From Thermoanaerobaculia bacterium (GTDB lineage: Bacteria; Acidobacteriota; Thermoanaerobaculia; UBA5066; DATFVB01): a stretch of DNA of 64,000 nucleotides. Under the pieces are notes generated by a model. It did no database searches. It had not been told where the DNA came from and saw only the letters and a program-made list of their open reading frames with translations. The stretch covers positions 2,846-66,845 of the forward strand of contig DASTIQ010000283.1 in the NCBI GenBank assembly GCA_035717485.1, read 5' to 3'. Below, in pieces: positions 41,426 through 51,817 of the stretch (the stretch's first letter is position 1; every line of letters starts with the position of its first letter). The position numbers and the translations under genes are program-made.

Positions 41426-42445
41426 ATGCGCGGCGCGCGTCTTCTCGTTCTCACCCTGGTCGCCGGGCTCCTGTCCGCGGCGACGCCGGCGGCTCCCGGA
41501 GGGAAGGCGATCCCGCTTCCCGAAGGCTCGGGCGGCATCGGCCTCGACGACATGGGATGGGCGCCTTCGCTCTCCCGCATCGTCGTTCCGGCGGGGCGGA
41601 CGGGCCGCATCGACCTGATCGATCCCGCCGGGGGCCCGATGATCGAGATCGGCGGGTTCCGCGTGTCGGCGGCCGGGGCCGGCCACGGCGAGGGGACCAC
41701 GTCCGCCTCCGAGGGAGCCGGCCTGCTGTTCGCGACCGACCGGACCGCGGGCGAGGTCGTCGCCGTCGACGAGAAGGAACGGAAGATCGTCTCGCGCGCG
41801 AAGCTCGCCGGAGGACCCGACTACGTGCGCTGGGTCGAGGCCACCCACGAGATCTGGGTGACCGAACCCGACGGCGAGAAGATCGAGATCTTCCGGCTCG
41901 GCTCCGGCTTCCCGCCCACCATCGAGCACGTCGGTTTCGTTTCCGTTCCCGGCGGTCCGGAGTCGCTCGCGATCGACGGAGCGCGGGGAAGGGCGTACGC
42001 GAATCTCTGGAAGGCGGAAACCGTGGCGATCGACCTGAAAGCGCGGAGCGTCGCCGCGCGGTGGAAGAACGGCTGCGGCGGCGCCCGCGGCCTCGCCCTC
42101 GATCGCCGGCGCGGGTTCCTCTTCGCCGCGTGCACCGAGGGGCGCGTCGTCTCCCTCGACGTCGAAAACGGAAAGACCCTGTCGTCGGTCGCCGCGCCGA
42201 ACGGCATCGACATCATCGACTACAACTCCGCGCTCGGCCATCTCTACGTCCCGGGAGCCAAGGACGCGCAGCTCGCGGTCGTTTCGGTCTCGAAGTCGGG
42301 AGAGCTCGCGGCTCTCGGGCGTTTCCCGACGGCCCCGCGCGCGCATTGCGTGGCGTCCGAGCCGGGCGGCGGGATCTACGTCTGCGACCCGCCGCACGGC
42401 GCCGTCATCGTCCTCCGGGACACGTTCCCGGGAGGAACGCCGTAA
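41426..42445 (+). CDS. secreted YVTN/NHL-like beta-propeller repeat protein
   Basis: 339 aa. GGAAGGAGG ribosome-binding site. Signal peptide MRGARLLVLTLVAGLLSAA. Confidence 0.65.
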   Translation: MRGARLLVLTLVAGLLSAATPAAPGGKAIPLPEGSGGIGLDDMGWAPSLSRIVVPAGRTGRIDLIDPAGGPMIEIGGFRVSAAGAGHGEGTTSASEGAGLLFATDRTAGEVVAVDEKERKIVSRAKLAGGPDYVRWVEATHEIWVTEPDGEKIEIFRLGSGFPPTIEHVGFVSVPGGPESLAIDGARGRAYANLWKAETVAIDLKARSVAARWKNGCGGARGLALDRRRGFLFAACTEGRVVSLDVENGKTLSSVAAPNGIDIIDYNSALGHLYVPGAKDAQLAVVSVSKSGELAALGRFPTAPRAHCVASEPGGGIYVCDPPHGAVIVLRDTFPGGTP

Positions 42446-42494
42446 CGGCGCGCCCCTCTGGCGCGCCGCGTGCAGGCGCGCCCGTTCGAACGCG

Positions 42495-43736
42495 ATGATG
42501 CCGCTCCTGTGCGCCCTGCTCCTCGCCGCGGCTTCTCCCGCGCCCCTGACGCTCGACGACGCGATCCGGCTCGCGCACGAGGCCAACGCGAAGCTCCCCC
42601 AGGCCGCTCTGGAGCGGGACTCCGCCGAGGAGAAGATCCGGGAGGCGCGGGCGGAACGGTGGATGAAGGTCGCGATCGACGGAGATTTCCTGTACGCCCC
42701 GCCGGGCGGATACGACCCGGTCGTGACGAACGCCGGCGAGGCCCGCCTGCAGCTCACGGCGAAGCAACCGCTCCTCGACGGCGGCGCCCGCCGGGCGGCG
42801 ATCTCGAAGGCGGGCGCGGACCGGGACGCGGCGACCGCCCGCTACCGGGTGGCCGAGAAGGATCTCGACGTCGAGGTGACGAGCCGGTTCGCCGAGCTCG
42901 TCGAGGCGGGCGACGAAGCGGAGGCGCGCCGCGGCGGGATCGAAAGGCTGAGTCGATACCGGACGACGCTCGAGAGCCGGAAGGCGTCGGGGCAGGGCGT
43001 CGCCGCGGACCTGCTCAAGACCGACGTCCGGCTCGCGTCGGACGAGGCGGACGCCATCGACGCCGACGCGCGCGCGGAGGAAGCGCGAACGGAGCTGAAC
43101 GTGCTCATGGGCCGCGCTCCGGAGGCGCCGCTGACGGTGGTCGCTCCGCCGATTCCGGCGGCCGCTCCCGCCGCGTCCGGGCCGCCGCCCGCATCGCCCG
43201 AAGTCCGCGAGGCCTAGGCGCTCGCGCGCGGCGCCGACGCCGACGTCGTCGCCGCGGAGGCCGAGCGCAAGCCCCATCTCTTCGCGTCGGCGGACGCCGG
43301 ATGGTGGGGCTCCGACACGACGCGCTGGTCGATCGAGCGCTGGCGTCAGGACGCGGGCTTCTCGCTCGGAATGCAGGTGTCCTGGCTCCTCTGGGATTTC
43401 GGGGCCTCGGACGCGCGGATCGCTCGCGCGCGAATCGAGGGACGCCGGGCGCGGCTCGAAATCCTCGCGCGGGAACGCGAAGCCGCGCTCCAGCGGGCGA
43501 AGGCCCGGGCGACGGCCGAGGCCCTTCGCCGGCAGATCGACGTGCTCACGCGGGCGGCGCCGGCCGCGCGCGATTCGTGGCTGGAAGCCGAAAGCCGATA
43601 CCGCGGGGGCGCCGCGTCCGCGCTCGAGGTGATCGACGCGTACGCGGCGGCGATCGACGCCTCGATCAAGCTCGCGCAGGCGGAGTCCCGCCTGCGGATC
43701 GCGGAGGCGCTCGAGAAACGATGGGAGACGCCATGA
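42495..43736 (+). pseudogene. TolC/CzcC-like outer-membrane efflux factor interrupted by an in-frame TAG at 43215-43217
   Basis: Track ORFs 42495..43217 and 43371..43736 are in the same frame. The read-through product is 413 codons, a normal OMF length, with both alpha/beta repeats. The operon order is OMF-MFP-RND. Confidence 0.55.
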
Positions 43737-44716
43737 CCTTCCGAGCGCGCCTTTCGACGCTCCTCCTGGCGGCGATCCTCGCGTCCGGGTGCGGCGGGAG
43801 CGCGACGGACCCGAAGAAGGAGCAGTCCTCCGCCCCCGGGCCGGCGACGCCCGTCCGCGTCGCTCCGGTCGAGAAAGCGACGCTCGCCGAGATCGTCTCC
43901 GCTCCCGGCAAGATCACCGCGATGTCGCAGGAGAAGGTCCGCGCCCCGTTTGCCGGCACGCTCGTCGAGTTCACCGTCACGGACGGCGACCGCGTGCGCC
44001 GCGGCCAGATCGTGGGGAGCGTGGTCGCGCGGGACAGCGAAGCGGCGCTCGCGGGAGCCCGCGAGATGGAGCGGGAGGCGAAGTCCGACGCCGAGCGGCG
44101 TGACGCCGCCCGCGCCGTCGAGCTCGCGCGGCGGAACCTCGTCCGGGCGCCTCTGGCCGTCGCGTCCGACGGGATCGTGGTCTCTCACGCCGCGAGCGCT
44201 GGCGACCGGGTTTCCGAGGACGAGGAGATCCTGTCGATCGCCGAGACGAAGTCTCTCGTGGTCCTCGCGGACGTCCCGCAGGCGCAACTCCCGAAGATCC
44301 GCGCCGGCGAGGCGGTGCAGATCGAGATCCCCGGGCGTCCGCCGGCCGGCGGGAGAGTGCACGGCATCCTCGCGGAATCCGGCCCTTCGGATCTGACGGC
44401 GCCGGTACGCATCGATCTCGACGCCGCGCCGGGAATGGCCGTCGGCCTGTTCGCGACCGCGCGGATCACGGTCGCCGAGCGGCGCGACGTCCCGTCCGTG
44501 CCGGACGCCGCCGTCGTCCGGGACGACGTGACCGGAGCGTCGCGCGTCGCCGTCGCGGGAGCCGACGGGAAGGCGCACTGGATCGCCGTGACGCCCGGGA
44601 TCGCGCAGAACGGCCGTACGGAGATCGCCGCCCCCCCGCTCGATCCCGCGATTCGCGTGATCGTCTCGGGGCAGGCGGGTCTCCCCGAGGGCACTCCGGT
44701 GGCGCCGTCGCGATGA
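43733..44716 (+). CDS. RND efflux membrane-fusion (periplasmic adaptor) lipoprotein
   Basis: 327 aa. Lipobox ILASGC; HlyD/AcrA-type beta-barrel and lipoyl motifs. Start overlaps the OMF stop; stop overlaps the RND start (ATGA). Confidence 0.8.
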   Translation: MTFRARLSTLLLAAILASGCGGSATDPKKEQSSAPGPATPVRVAPVEKATLAEIVSAPGKITAMSQEKVRAPFAGTLVEFTVTDGDRVRRGQIVGSVVARDSEAALAGAREMEREAKSDAERRDAARAVELARRNLVRAPLAVASDGIVVSHAASAGDRVSEDEEILSIAETKSLVVLADVPQAQLPKIRAGEAVQIEIPGRPPAGGRVHGILAESGPSDLTAPVRIDLDAAPGMAVGLFATARITVAERRDVPSVPDAAVVRDDVTGASRVAVAGADGKAHWIAVTPGIAQNGRTEIAAPPLDPAIRVIVSGQAGLPEGTPVAPSR

Positions 44717-47700
44717 GCCTCGCGCGACTGGCGCGGGACCGGGGCGCGGCCGTCTTCCTCGTCGTCGCCGTTCTCGTGGCGGGCGGGGTCTTCGAGGCGT
44801 TGCGCTCGCCGGCCTCGATCTTTCCGGCGGTCACGTTCCCGATCGTCAAGGTCATCGCGGACGTCGGCGAGGAGCCCGCTTCGCGGATGATGCCGACGTC
44901 GACGCGCCCCCTCGAGGAGGCGGTCCTCCGCGTTCCCGGCGTGCGCCGGGTCCTCTCGGCGACGTCGCGCGGCTCGACCGAGATGAGCGCGGAGTTCTCG
45001 TGGGGAACCGACATGCGGCAGGCGCTCCAGCGCGTGCAGGCGGAGGTCGAGCGCATCCGCCCCGACCTGCCTCCGGACGCCAAGGTCGACGTCGAATGGA
45101 TGAGCACGTCGATCTTTCCGATCCTCGGCTACGCCCTCACGTCCGACACGGAGTCGCAGGCGTCGCTCTGGGAGCTCGCCGAATACACGCTGAAGCCCGC
45201 CCTCATCCGGATTCCGGGCGTGGCGCAGGTGCAGATCCAGGGCGGCCGCCGGCGCGAGTTCCAGGTCCGTCTGGATCCGGCGGCCCTCGCGGGAAGGAGG
45301 CTCTCGGCGCGCGACGTCGTCGACGCGATCCGGAAGAACAACGACGTCGAATCGGCCGGCCTGCTCGAGTCGAACCACGAGCTGTATCTCTCCCTCGTCG
45401 ACGGCCGCGCACGGGGCATCGACGAACTCGCCGCGCTGCCGGTTCCGCTCCCCGGCGAAGGCGTGCCGGCGCGGCTTTCGGACCTCGGGACCGTCGCCTC
45501 CGGCGACGCCTTCTCGCCGGTCCGGACGACCGCCGACGGCCGGCCCGCCGTTCTCGTCAACATCGTCCAGCAGCCCTCGGCGAACACCGTCGCGATCGCG
45601 CGCGGCGTGTCCGACCTCCTCCGCCGGGAGCCGGGATTGATCCCGAGGGGAGTCCGCTGGACCAATTTCTACGATCAGGCCGCGTTCGTCTCGGGGTCGG
45701 TCGGCGGCGCCCGGGACGCGATCCTGATCGGCGTCGGACTCGCGGTGCTGGTCCTCTTCTTCTTCCTGCGGGACTGGCGCCTCACCGCGATCGCCGCGGC
45801 GACGATCCCGGTCTGCGTCGCGATCGTCCTGCTCGGACTCGCGGCGGCCGGTCAGACGATCAACCTCATGACCCTCGGCGGCATCGCGGCGGCGATCGGC
45901 CTCATCGCCGACGACGCGATCGTCGTCGTCGAGGACATCCAGCACGGCGCCCACGCGTCGGGCGGCGAGCTCGCCGAGGACCTCGGGATCTCGCGCTTTC
46001 TCCCTCCGCTCCTCGGCTCGAGCCTTTCGACGGTGGTCATCTTCCTGCCGTTCGTCCTCGTCACGGGGGTCACGGGGGCGTTCTTCCGGCCGCTCGCCCT
46101 GACGATGGCGATGGCGCTCGGCGTGTCCTTCCTCCTGTCGGCGGTCGCCGTCCCCGCGGCCGTCAAGGCGCTGGGCGCGACGAAAGGGCGGGGCAAGCCT
46201 CCCGCGGAGGAGGGCATGCCGCGCCTCCGGCGCCTCGTCTCCGCCTTCGTCCGCCGGCCGGTTCTCGCGCTCGCCGCGTTCGTCGTCCTGATGGCGAGCG
46301 CATACGTCCTCTGGCGCGTGATCGGAACCGACTTCCTTCCGGAGATGGACGAGGGTTCGATCATCCTCGACTACTGGACGCCGCCCGGAACGTCGCTCAC
46401 CGACACCGATCAGATGCTCGACGCGGCCGAGAAGATCATCCGCGCAACGCCCGACGTCGACGCCTACTCGCGGCGCACGGGAACGCAGCTCGGTTTCTTC
46501 ATCACCGAACCGAACCGGGGCGATTACGTGATCAAGCTGAAGCCGAAGAAGCACCGCCGCGACGTCGACGACGTCATCGACGACCTCCGCGGCAAGATCG
46601 CTTCCGCCGAGCCGGCGATCCACACCGATTTCGGGCAGCTCCTGGAAGACAACATCGGGGATCTCACGGGCGGCGTGCCGCAGCCGATCGACGTGAAGAT
46701 CTTCGGCTCGGACCCGGCTCTCCTCGAGCAGAAGGCGCGCCAGGCGGCGAAGATCATCGGCGGCGTGCACGGCGTCGAGGACGTCTTCGACGGGATCACG
46801 ATCGCCGGCCCGGCGCTCTCGATCCGTCCCCACGCCGGCGTCCTCGCCCGCAGCGGGATGACGACCGACGACCTGCACGCGGCTGTCGAGCCCGCCCTCA
46901 CGGGGACCCTCGCCGGCGACCTCCCGATCGGGGAGCGCGTCTATCCGGTCCGCGTCTTCACGCGGCGGAACGGCCCGATCACCGGTATCTCGGTGAAGAC
47001 CGGCTCCGGAGCGGTCGTGCCGCTGTCCGACCTCGCGTCGATCGAAACCGGGCCTCCGGAAGCGGAGATCGACCGCGAGAACCTGAAGAGCTATTTCGGA
47101 GTGACGGCGCGGCTGGCGGGGCGCAGCCTGGGAGACGCCGTCGGGGAGATCCGGAACAAGCTGGGGTCGCAGCTGGCGCTCGGGCCGGGAATGACGCTCG
47201 CCTACGGCGGCCAGTACGAGCAGCAGCAGTCGTCCTTCAAGTCGCTCGTCGGGGTCCTCCTCGGGGGACTCCTCCTCGTCGCCGTCGTGCTCCTCTTCGA
47301 ATTCGGGGACTGGCGAGCGCCGCTCCTGACCGGACTCGTTTCCCTGTCGGTGCTCGCGGGCGTCTTCGCCCTCCTGCTCGCGACGGGAATGACGCTGAAC
47401 ATCTCGAGCTTCGTCGGGGCGATCATGATGGTCGGCATCGTCGGGGAGAAGTCGGTCTTCTTCATCCACGACGCACGCGAGGAGCTGCGGCGGGGGTACG
47501 CGAAGGAGGAGGCGTGGGCGCGGGCGGCCGAGCGGCGGTTCCGGGCCGTCGCGATGACGACGCTCGCCACCGTCTTCGCCCTGCTGCCGCTCGCGCTCGC
47601 GTGGGGCGCCGGCGCCCAGCTGCAGCAGCCGCTCGCGATCGCGGTGATCGGCGGGTTCATCTTCTCGGGGCTCGTCGTCCTGCTGATCCTGCCCGCCCTC

Positions 47701-47739
47701 TATTCGTGGCTCGACCCGAAAGGGCGACTGGGGCGGTGA
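44713..47739 (+). CDS. RND efflux permease (CzcA/CusA-like by operon order; HME versus HAE1 not resolved)
   Basis: 1008 aa with 12-TM AcrB/CzcA architecture. Confidence 0.85.
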   Translation: MSLARLARDRGAAVFLVVAVLVAGGVFEALRSPASIFPAVTFPIVKVIADVGEEPASRMMPTSTRPLEEAVLRVPGVRRVLSATSRGSTEMSAEFSWGTDMRQALQRVQAEVERIRPDLPPDAKVDVEWMSTSIFPILGYALTSDTESQASLWELAEYTLKPALIRIPGVAQVQIQGGRRREFQVRLDPAALAGRRLSARDVVDAIRKNNDVESAGLLESNHELYLSLVDGRARGIDELAALPVPLPGEGVPARLSDLGTVASGDAFSPVRTTADGRPAVLVNIVQQPSANTVAIARGVSDLLRREPGLIPRGVRWTNFYDQAAFVSGSVGGARDAILIGVGLAVLVLFFFLRDWRLTAIAAATIPVCVAIVLLGLAAAGQTINLMTLGGIAAAIGLIADDAIVVVEDIQHGAHASGGELAEDLGISRFLPPLLGSSLSTVVIFLPFVLVTGVTGAFFRPLALTMAMALGVSFLLSAVAVPAAVKALGATKGRGKPPAEEGMPRLRRLVSAFVRRPVLALAAFVVLMASAYVLWRVIGTDFLPEMDEGSIILDYWTPPGTSLTDTDQMLDAAEKIIRATPDVDAYSRRTGTQLGFFITEPNRGDYVIKLKPKKHRRDVDDVIDDLRGKIASAEPAIHTDFGQLLEDNIGDLTGGVPQPIDVKIFGSDPALLEQKARQAAKIIGGVHGVEDVFDGITIAGPALSIRPHAGVLARSGMTTDDLHAAVEPALTGTLAGDLPIGERVYPVRVFTRRNGPITGISVKTGSGAVVPLSDLASIETGPPEAEIDRENLKSYFGVTARLAGRSLGDAVGEIRNKLGSQLALGPGMTLAYGGQYEQQQSSFKSLVGVLLGGLLLVAVVLLFEFGDWRAPLLTGLVSLSVLAGVFALLLATGMTLNISSFVGAIMMVGIVGEKSVFFIHDAREELRRGYAKEEAWARAAERRFRAVAMTTLATVFALLPLALAWGAGAQLQQPLAIAVIGGFIFSGLVVLLILPALYSWLDPKGRLGR

Positions 47740-47894
47740 TCCGAGCCGCCGGACGGGCCCGCCGGGCCCGCCGGCGGCTCGACGGGCGCCTCCGGTCCGG
47801 CCCCGCCGAGCCCGGCTTCCGGGGGCGCCCGACCGCGTGGGCGACGTGCTTCGGGGCTCGGATCTTGCTTCTCCGGGGAGTGGAGGGAGTCGCC

Positions 47895-48440
47895 ATGAGT
47901 ACGAATATCCGTATCGTCCTGGCTCTGGTCACGGCCGCGGCCGCGTTGCCGCTTCTGGGGTCGCCCCCGCCGCCCTCGCCGCGGAGCGGGGAGCCGGCAA
48001 AGACGGCCCGGCCTGCCGGCATACCGACCCGGGCACATCCGCTCGACGTCAATACCGCGTCGGAGGCCGAGCTCGCGGCGCTGCCCGGGGTCGGAACCGA
48101 GGGCGCGCGGCGGATCGTCGACGCGCGGCCGTTCGCATCCGTCGCCGAGCTCTCGCGGACCGGACTCTCGAAAGAGACGCTCGAACGGATCGGGCCGCTC
48201 GTGAAGGTGACGGGCGCCGGAGGGCCGTCGACTCCGATGGGGGCGGCGGACCGGCCGATGAACCCCGCCCCGCCGCCGAGGGCCGTCGTTCCTCCGCACC
48301 GGGGCATGGTGTGGGGAGATCCGGACTCGCGCACGTATCGGCTCTCGAGCGACCCCGCCTCCGGGAGGACGGAACATGGCCGCTGGATGACGGAGAGCGA
48401 GGCGATCCAGGCGGGGTACCGAAAGTCCGGGAAGGAGTGA
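47895..48440 (+). CDS. secreted single-HhH (ComEA-like) protein with the same C-terminal W/Y/G-rich module as CDS 9685..10791
   Basis: 181 aa. GGAGGGAG ribosome-binding site and signal peptide. LDVNTASEAELAALPGVGTEGARRIVDARPFASVAELSRTGLSKETLERIGPLVKV; C-terminus GMVWGDPDSRTYRLSSDPASGRTEHGRWMTESEAIQAGYRKS. Confidence 0.7.
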   Translation: MSTNIRIVLALVTAAAALPLLGSPPPPSPRSGEPAKTARPAGIPTRAHPLDVNTASEAELAALPGVGTEGARRIVDARPFASVAELSRTGLSKETLERIGPLVKVTGAGGPSTPMGAADRPMNPAPPPRAVVPPHRGMVWGDPDSRTYRLSSDPASGRTEHGRWMTESEAIQAGYRKSGKE

Positions 48441-48445
48441 CGAAA

Positions 48446-48467
48446 GGGGCCGCGATCCCGCGGCCCC
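48446..48467. terminator. bidirectional intrinsic terminator
   Basis: GGGGCCGCG-atcc-CGCGGCCCC followed by TTATTTCTT on the plus strand; sits between convergent stops at 48440 and 48478. Confidence 0.5.
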
Positions 48468-48477
48468 CGGAGACTCC

Positions 48478-48765
48478 TTATTTCTTGGCGCCCTTCTTCG
48501 CGGCGGGCTTGACCTCGACGCTCGTCGCGGTCATCCGGTACTCGATCGTCACTTTGTCGCCGACCTTCACGTCGGCGGGCATCTTCGTCGAGCCGTCGCG
48601 CGCGATCTCCCAGCGATCCTTCCCCTTCTGGACGGTGATCATCGTCGGGCTCACCTCGAGCACGGGACCCGTGACCTGGTAGGTCTTCGCCGTCTCCGCC
48701 GAGGCGGCGAGCGGGAAGAGCGAGGCGACCGAGACGGCGGCGGCGAGGAGCAGCTTCGATTTCAT
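48478..48765 (-). CDS. small secreted hypothetical protein (paralogous in pattern to CDS 1171..1452)
   Basis: 95 aa. AAAGGAGAA ribosome-binding site. Signal peptide MKSKLLLAAAVSVASLFPLAASA, then TYQVTGPVLEV...KVGDKVTIEY...VEV. Confidence 0.6.
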   Translation of the reverse strand: MKSKLLLAAAVSVASLFPLAASAETAKTYQVTGPVLEVSPTMITVQKGKDRWEIARDGSTKMPADVKVGDKVTIEYRMTATSVEVKPAAKKGAKK

Positions 48766-48886
48766 GGGTTCTCCTTTCGTCCGCGATTCTACGTCCAGGC
48801 GCCCCTTTCCGCGGATTCGTCCGGCCGGGGTACGCTCTCTCCGACGAGGTGCGCCCGCCGGCCGGAACTCCGCAGCCGGCCGGGAT

Positions 48887-51817
48887 ATGCTTCTCGGCGC
48901 CGCCGACGTGAGACCTCCCACGAGAAACCGCACGCGCCCGAGTCCGGTCGACGCCCGCGGTCTCGCCGAAGCGCTTCGCCGGAGCGTCCGCGGCGACGTC
49001 CGCTTCGACGCCGGCTCGCGCGCCCTCTACGCGACCGACGCGTCCAACTACCGCCAGGTGCCGATCGGCGTCGTGGTGCCTCTCGATGCGGAGGACGTCA
49101 TGGCGGCGCTCGCCGCGGCGCGCGCGTTCGGCGCGCCGGTGCTTTCCCGGGGAGGCGGGACGAGCCTCGCGGGCCAGTGCTGCAACGTCGCGGTGGTCCT
49201 CGACTTCTCCCGCCATCTCGACCGCGTGCTCGAGGTCGATCCCCGCCGCCGGCTCGCCCGCGTCCAGCCGGGATGCGTGCTCGACACGCTGCGCGACGCG
49301 GCGGCGCCCCACGGGCTGACGTTCGGCCCCGATCCCGCCACCCACGCGTACAACACGCTCGGGGGAATGATCGGAAACGATTCGTGCGGCGTGCACTCGG
49401 TGATGGCCGCGTTCGAAGGAGACGGCGGAACGACCGCGGCCAACATCGAGTCGCTCGAGGTCGCGACGTACGGGGGCGAACGCCTGCGCGTGGGGCGGAC
49501 GACCGACGCGGAGCTCGCGGCGATCGTGGCCGCCGGAGGACCGCGCGGCGCGATCTACGCGGCGCTCCGCGATCTCCGCGACCGCTACGCGGACGAGATC
49601 CGCGCCCGTTATCCTCGGATCCCGCGGCGCATCTCGGGTTTCAACCTGCCGCAGCTCCTTCCGGAGAACGGTTTCCACGTCGCGCGGGCGCTCGTGGGAT
49701 CCGAAGGCACGTGCGTGACGGTGCTCGAGGCGACCGCGAACCTCGTTCCGGCGCCCCCCGCCCGATCCCTCGTCGTGCTCGGCTTCGAGGACGTCTTCGC
49801 CGCGGCCGACGCGGTTCCGTCGATCATGGCGCATCGGCCGATCGGCCTCGAGGGAGTCGACGACCGGCTCGTCGCGGACATGGCGGCGATCGGCCTGCAC
49901 CGCGACGCTCTCGGGCTGCTTCCGCGCGGCCGCGGCTTCCTGCTCGTCGAGTTCGGCGGAGCGACCCGCGCCGAGTCGGACGCGAGGGCCGCGGCGCTCG
50001 CCGCGGCGATGGCCGGGGCGACGGCCGGCCACCGGCTCTTCGCGGACGCGGACGACGAACGGCGCCTCTGGCTCGTGCGCGAATCGGGGCTCGGCGCGAC
50101 CGCGCACGTTCCCGGAAAGTCGCTCACGTGGGAGGGATGGGAGGACTCGGCCGTTCCGCCGGAGAGGCTCGGGGCCTACCTTCGCGACCTGCGGAGGCTC
50201 CTCGACGAACACGGCTACCGCGGCGACTTCTACGGCCATTTCGGAGAGGGATGCGTCCACACGCGGATCGACTTCGATCTCGAATCGCCGGCCGGCGTCG
50301 ACCGGTTCCGGCGATTCCTCGCGGACGCCGCGCGGCTGGTCGTGTCCTTCGGCGGATCGCTCTCGGGTGAGCACGGCGACGGGCAGTCGCGCGCCGAGCT
50401 GCTCCCCCTGATGTTCGGCGAGCGGCTCGTGACCGCCTTCCGCGAGTTCAAGGCGATCTGGGACCCCGACGGAAGGATGAACCCGGGAAAGGTCGTCGAC
50501 GCTCACGGCGCGACCGAGAACCTGCGGCTGGCCGGCGGTCCGCTCGCGGCGCCCTCGCCGACCGCGTTCCGATACCCGGAGGACGGAGGGAGCTTTCCCC
50601 GCGCCATGCTGCGATGCGTCGGCGTGGGGGCCTGCCGCCGCACCGAGGGCGGAACGATGTGCCCGAGCTTCATGGTGACCCGGGAGGAGAAGCATTCGAC
50701 GCGCGGCCGGGCGCGCCTCCTCTTCGAGATGCTGAAGGGGGAGGCGCTCACCGCGGGATGGAGGAGCCGGGAAGTGCGCGAGGCGCTCGACCTCTGCCTT
50801 TCCTGCAAGGCGTGCAAGAGCGAGTGTCCCGTCCAGGTCGACATGGCGACGTACAAGGCCGAGTTCCTCTCGCACCATTACGCGCGGCGCCTTCGTCCGC
50901 GGGCCGCCTGGTCGATGGGTCTCTTTCCCTGGATCGCGCGGGCGGCGTCGATGGCGCCCGGCGCGGCGAATTTCCTCACGCATGCGCCGCTCCTCTCGGG
51001 CGTCGCGAAGTTCGCGGCGGGCATCGCGCCCGAACGGGAGGTGCCGCGCTTCGCGCCGAAAACCTTCGTCTCGGAGTTCCGGCGGGAGGGGGAAGACGCG
51101 CGCGGCGTCCCGGTCCTCCTCTTTCCCGACACCTTCACGAATCACCTGGAGCCGCGAATCGCTCACGCGGCGGTGTCGGTCCTTCGGCGCGCCGGGTTCC
51201 GCGTCGAGATTCCGCCGCGGCCGCTCTGCTGCGGCCGGCCGCTCTACGATTTCGGCATGCTGGATCTCGCGCGCCGGCAGCTGCGGACGATCCTCTCCGC
51301 GCTCGCCCCCGCCCTCGCCGCGGGGACGCCGGTCGTCGTGCTCGAGCCGGGCTGCGCCTCGGTGTTCCGCGACGAGCTGCGGAGCCTGTTTCCCGACGAC
51401 GGCGCCGCGCGGCGGCTCTCGGAGACGACCTTTCTCCTCTCGGAGTTCCTCGCGCGGGCTCCCGGTTACCGGCCGCCGACGCTCCGGGGGCGCGCTCTCG
51501 TGCAGCCGCACTGCCATCATCGCGCGGCGACCGGATTCGCGGAAGAGCGGACCCTGCTCGAGGCGGCCGGGCTCTCGGTCGACGTGCCGGACGCCGGCTG
51601 CTGCGGCATGGCCGGAGCGTTCGGGTTCGAGCGCGGCGAGCGTCATCGGGTCTCCGTCGCCGTCGGCGAGCGGGCTCTCCTTCCGATCGTCCGCGCGGCG
51701 TCGCCCGACACTCTCGTCCTGGCCGACGGGTTTTCCTGCCGCGAGCAGATCGCGCAGGGGACCGGGCGCCGGCCGAAGCACCTCGCGGAGGTCCTCGGGC
51801 CGGGAGAGCCGGCATGA
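48887..51817 (+). CDS. YdiJ-like FAD-binding / Fe-S (CCG-domain) oxidoreductase (D-2-hydroxyacid dehydrogenase family)
   Basis: About 976 aa. FAD-binding PCMH domain (GGGTSLAGQ), 4Fe-4S motif CLSCKACKSECP, two CCG motifs (LCCGRPL, GCCGMAG). The start at MLLGAAD is uncertain; the track ORF begins at 48764. Confidence 0.8.
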   Translation: MLLGAADVRPPTRNRTRPSPVDARGLAEALRRSVRGDVRFDAGSRALYATDASNYRQVPIGVVVPLDAEDVMAALAAARAFGAPVLSRGGGTSLAGQCCNVAVVLDFSRHLDRVLEVDPRRRLARVQPGCVLDTLRDAAAPHGLTFGPDPATHAYNTLGGMIGNDSCGVHSVMAAFEGDGGTTAANIESLEVATYGGERLRVGRTTDAELAAIVAAGGPRGAIYAALRDLRDRYADEIRARYPRIPRRISGFNLPQLLPENGFHVARALVGSEGTCVTVLEATANLVPAPPARSLVVLGFEDVFAAADAVPSIMAHRPIGLEGVDDRLVADMAAIGLHRDALGLLPRGRGFLLVEFGGATRAESDARAAALAAAMAGATAGHRLFADADDERRLWLVRESGLGATAHVPGKSLTWEGWEDSAVPPERLGAYLRDLRRLLDEHGYRGDFYGHFGEGCVHTRIDFDLESPAGVDRFRRFLADAARLVVSFGGSLSGEHGDGQSRAELLPLMFGERLVTAFREFKAIWDPDGRMNPGKVVDAHGATENLRLAGGPLAAPSPTAFRYPEDGGSFPRAMLRCVGVGACRRTEGGTMCPSFMVTREEKHSTRGRARLLFEMLKGEALTAGWRSREVREALDLCLSCKACKSECPVQVDMATYKAEFLSHHYARRLRPRAAWSMGLFPWIARAASMAPGAANFLTHAPLLSGVAKFAAGIAPEREVPRFAPKTFVSEFRREGEDARGVPVLLFPDTFTNHLEPRIAHAAVSVLRRAGFRVEIPPRPLCCGRPLYDFGMLDLARRQLRTILSALAPALAAGTPVVVLEPGCASVFRDELRSLFPDDGAARRLSETTFLLSEFLARAPGYRPPTLRGRALVQPHCHHRAATGFAEERTLLEAAGLSVDVPDAGCCGMAGAFGFERGERHRVSVAVGERALLPIVRAASPDTLVLADGFSCREQIAQGTGRRPKHLAEVLGPGEPA

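Noticed and set aside
48763-48766. CATG where a minus-strand ATG (48765) and a plus-strand ATG (48764) overlap
   Set aside because: Coincidental palindrome. The plus-strand ORF from 48764 has no ribosome-binding site, and its first 41 aa are low-complexity. The ydiJ-like start was placed at 48887.
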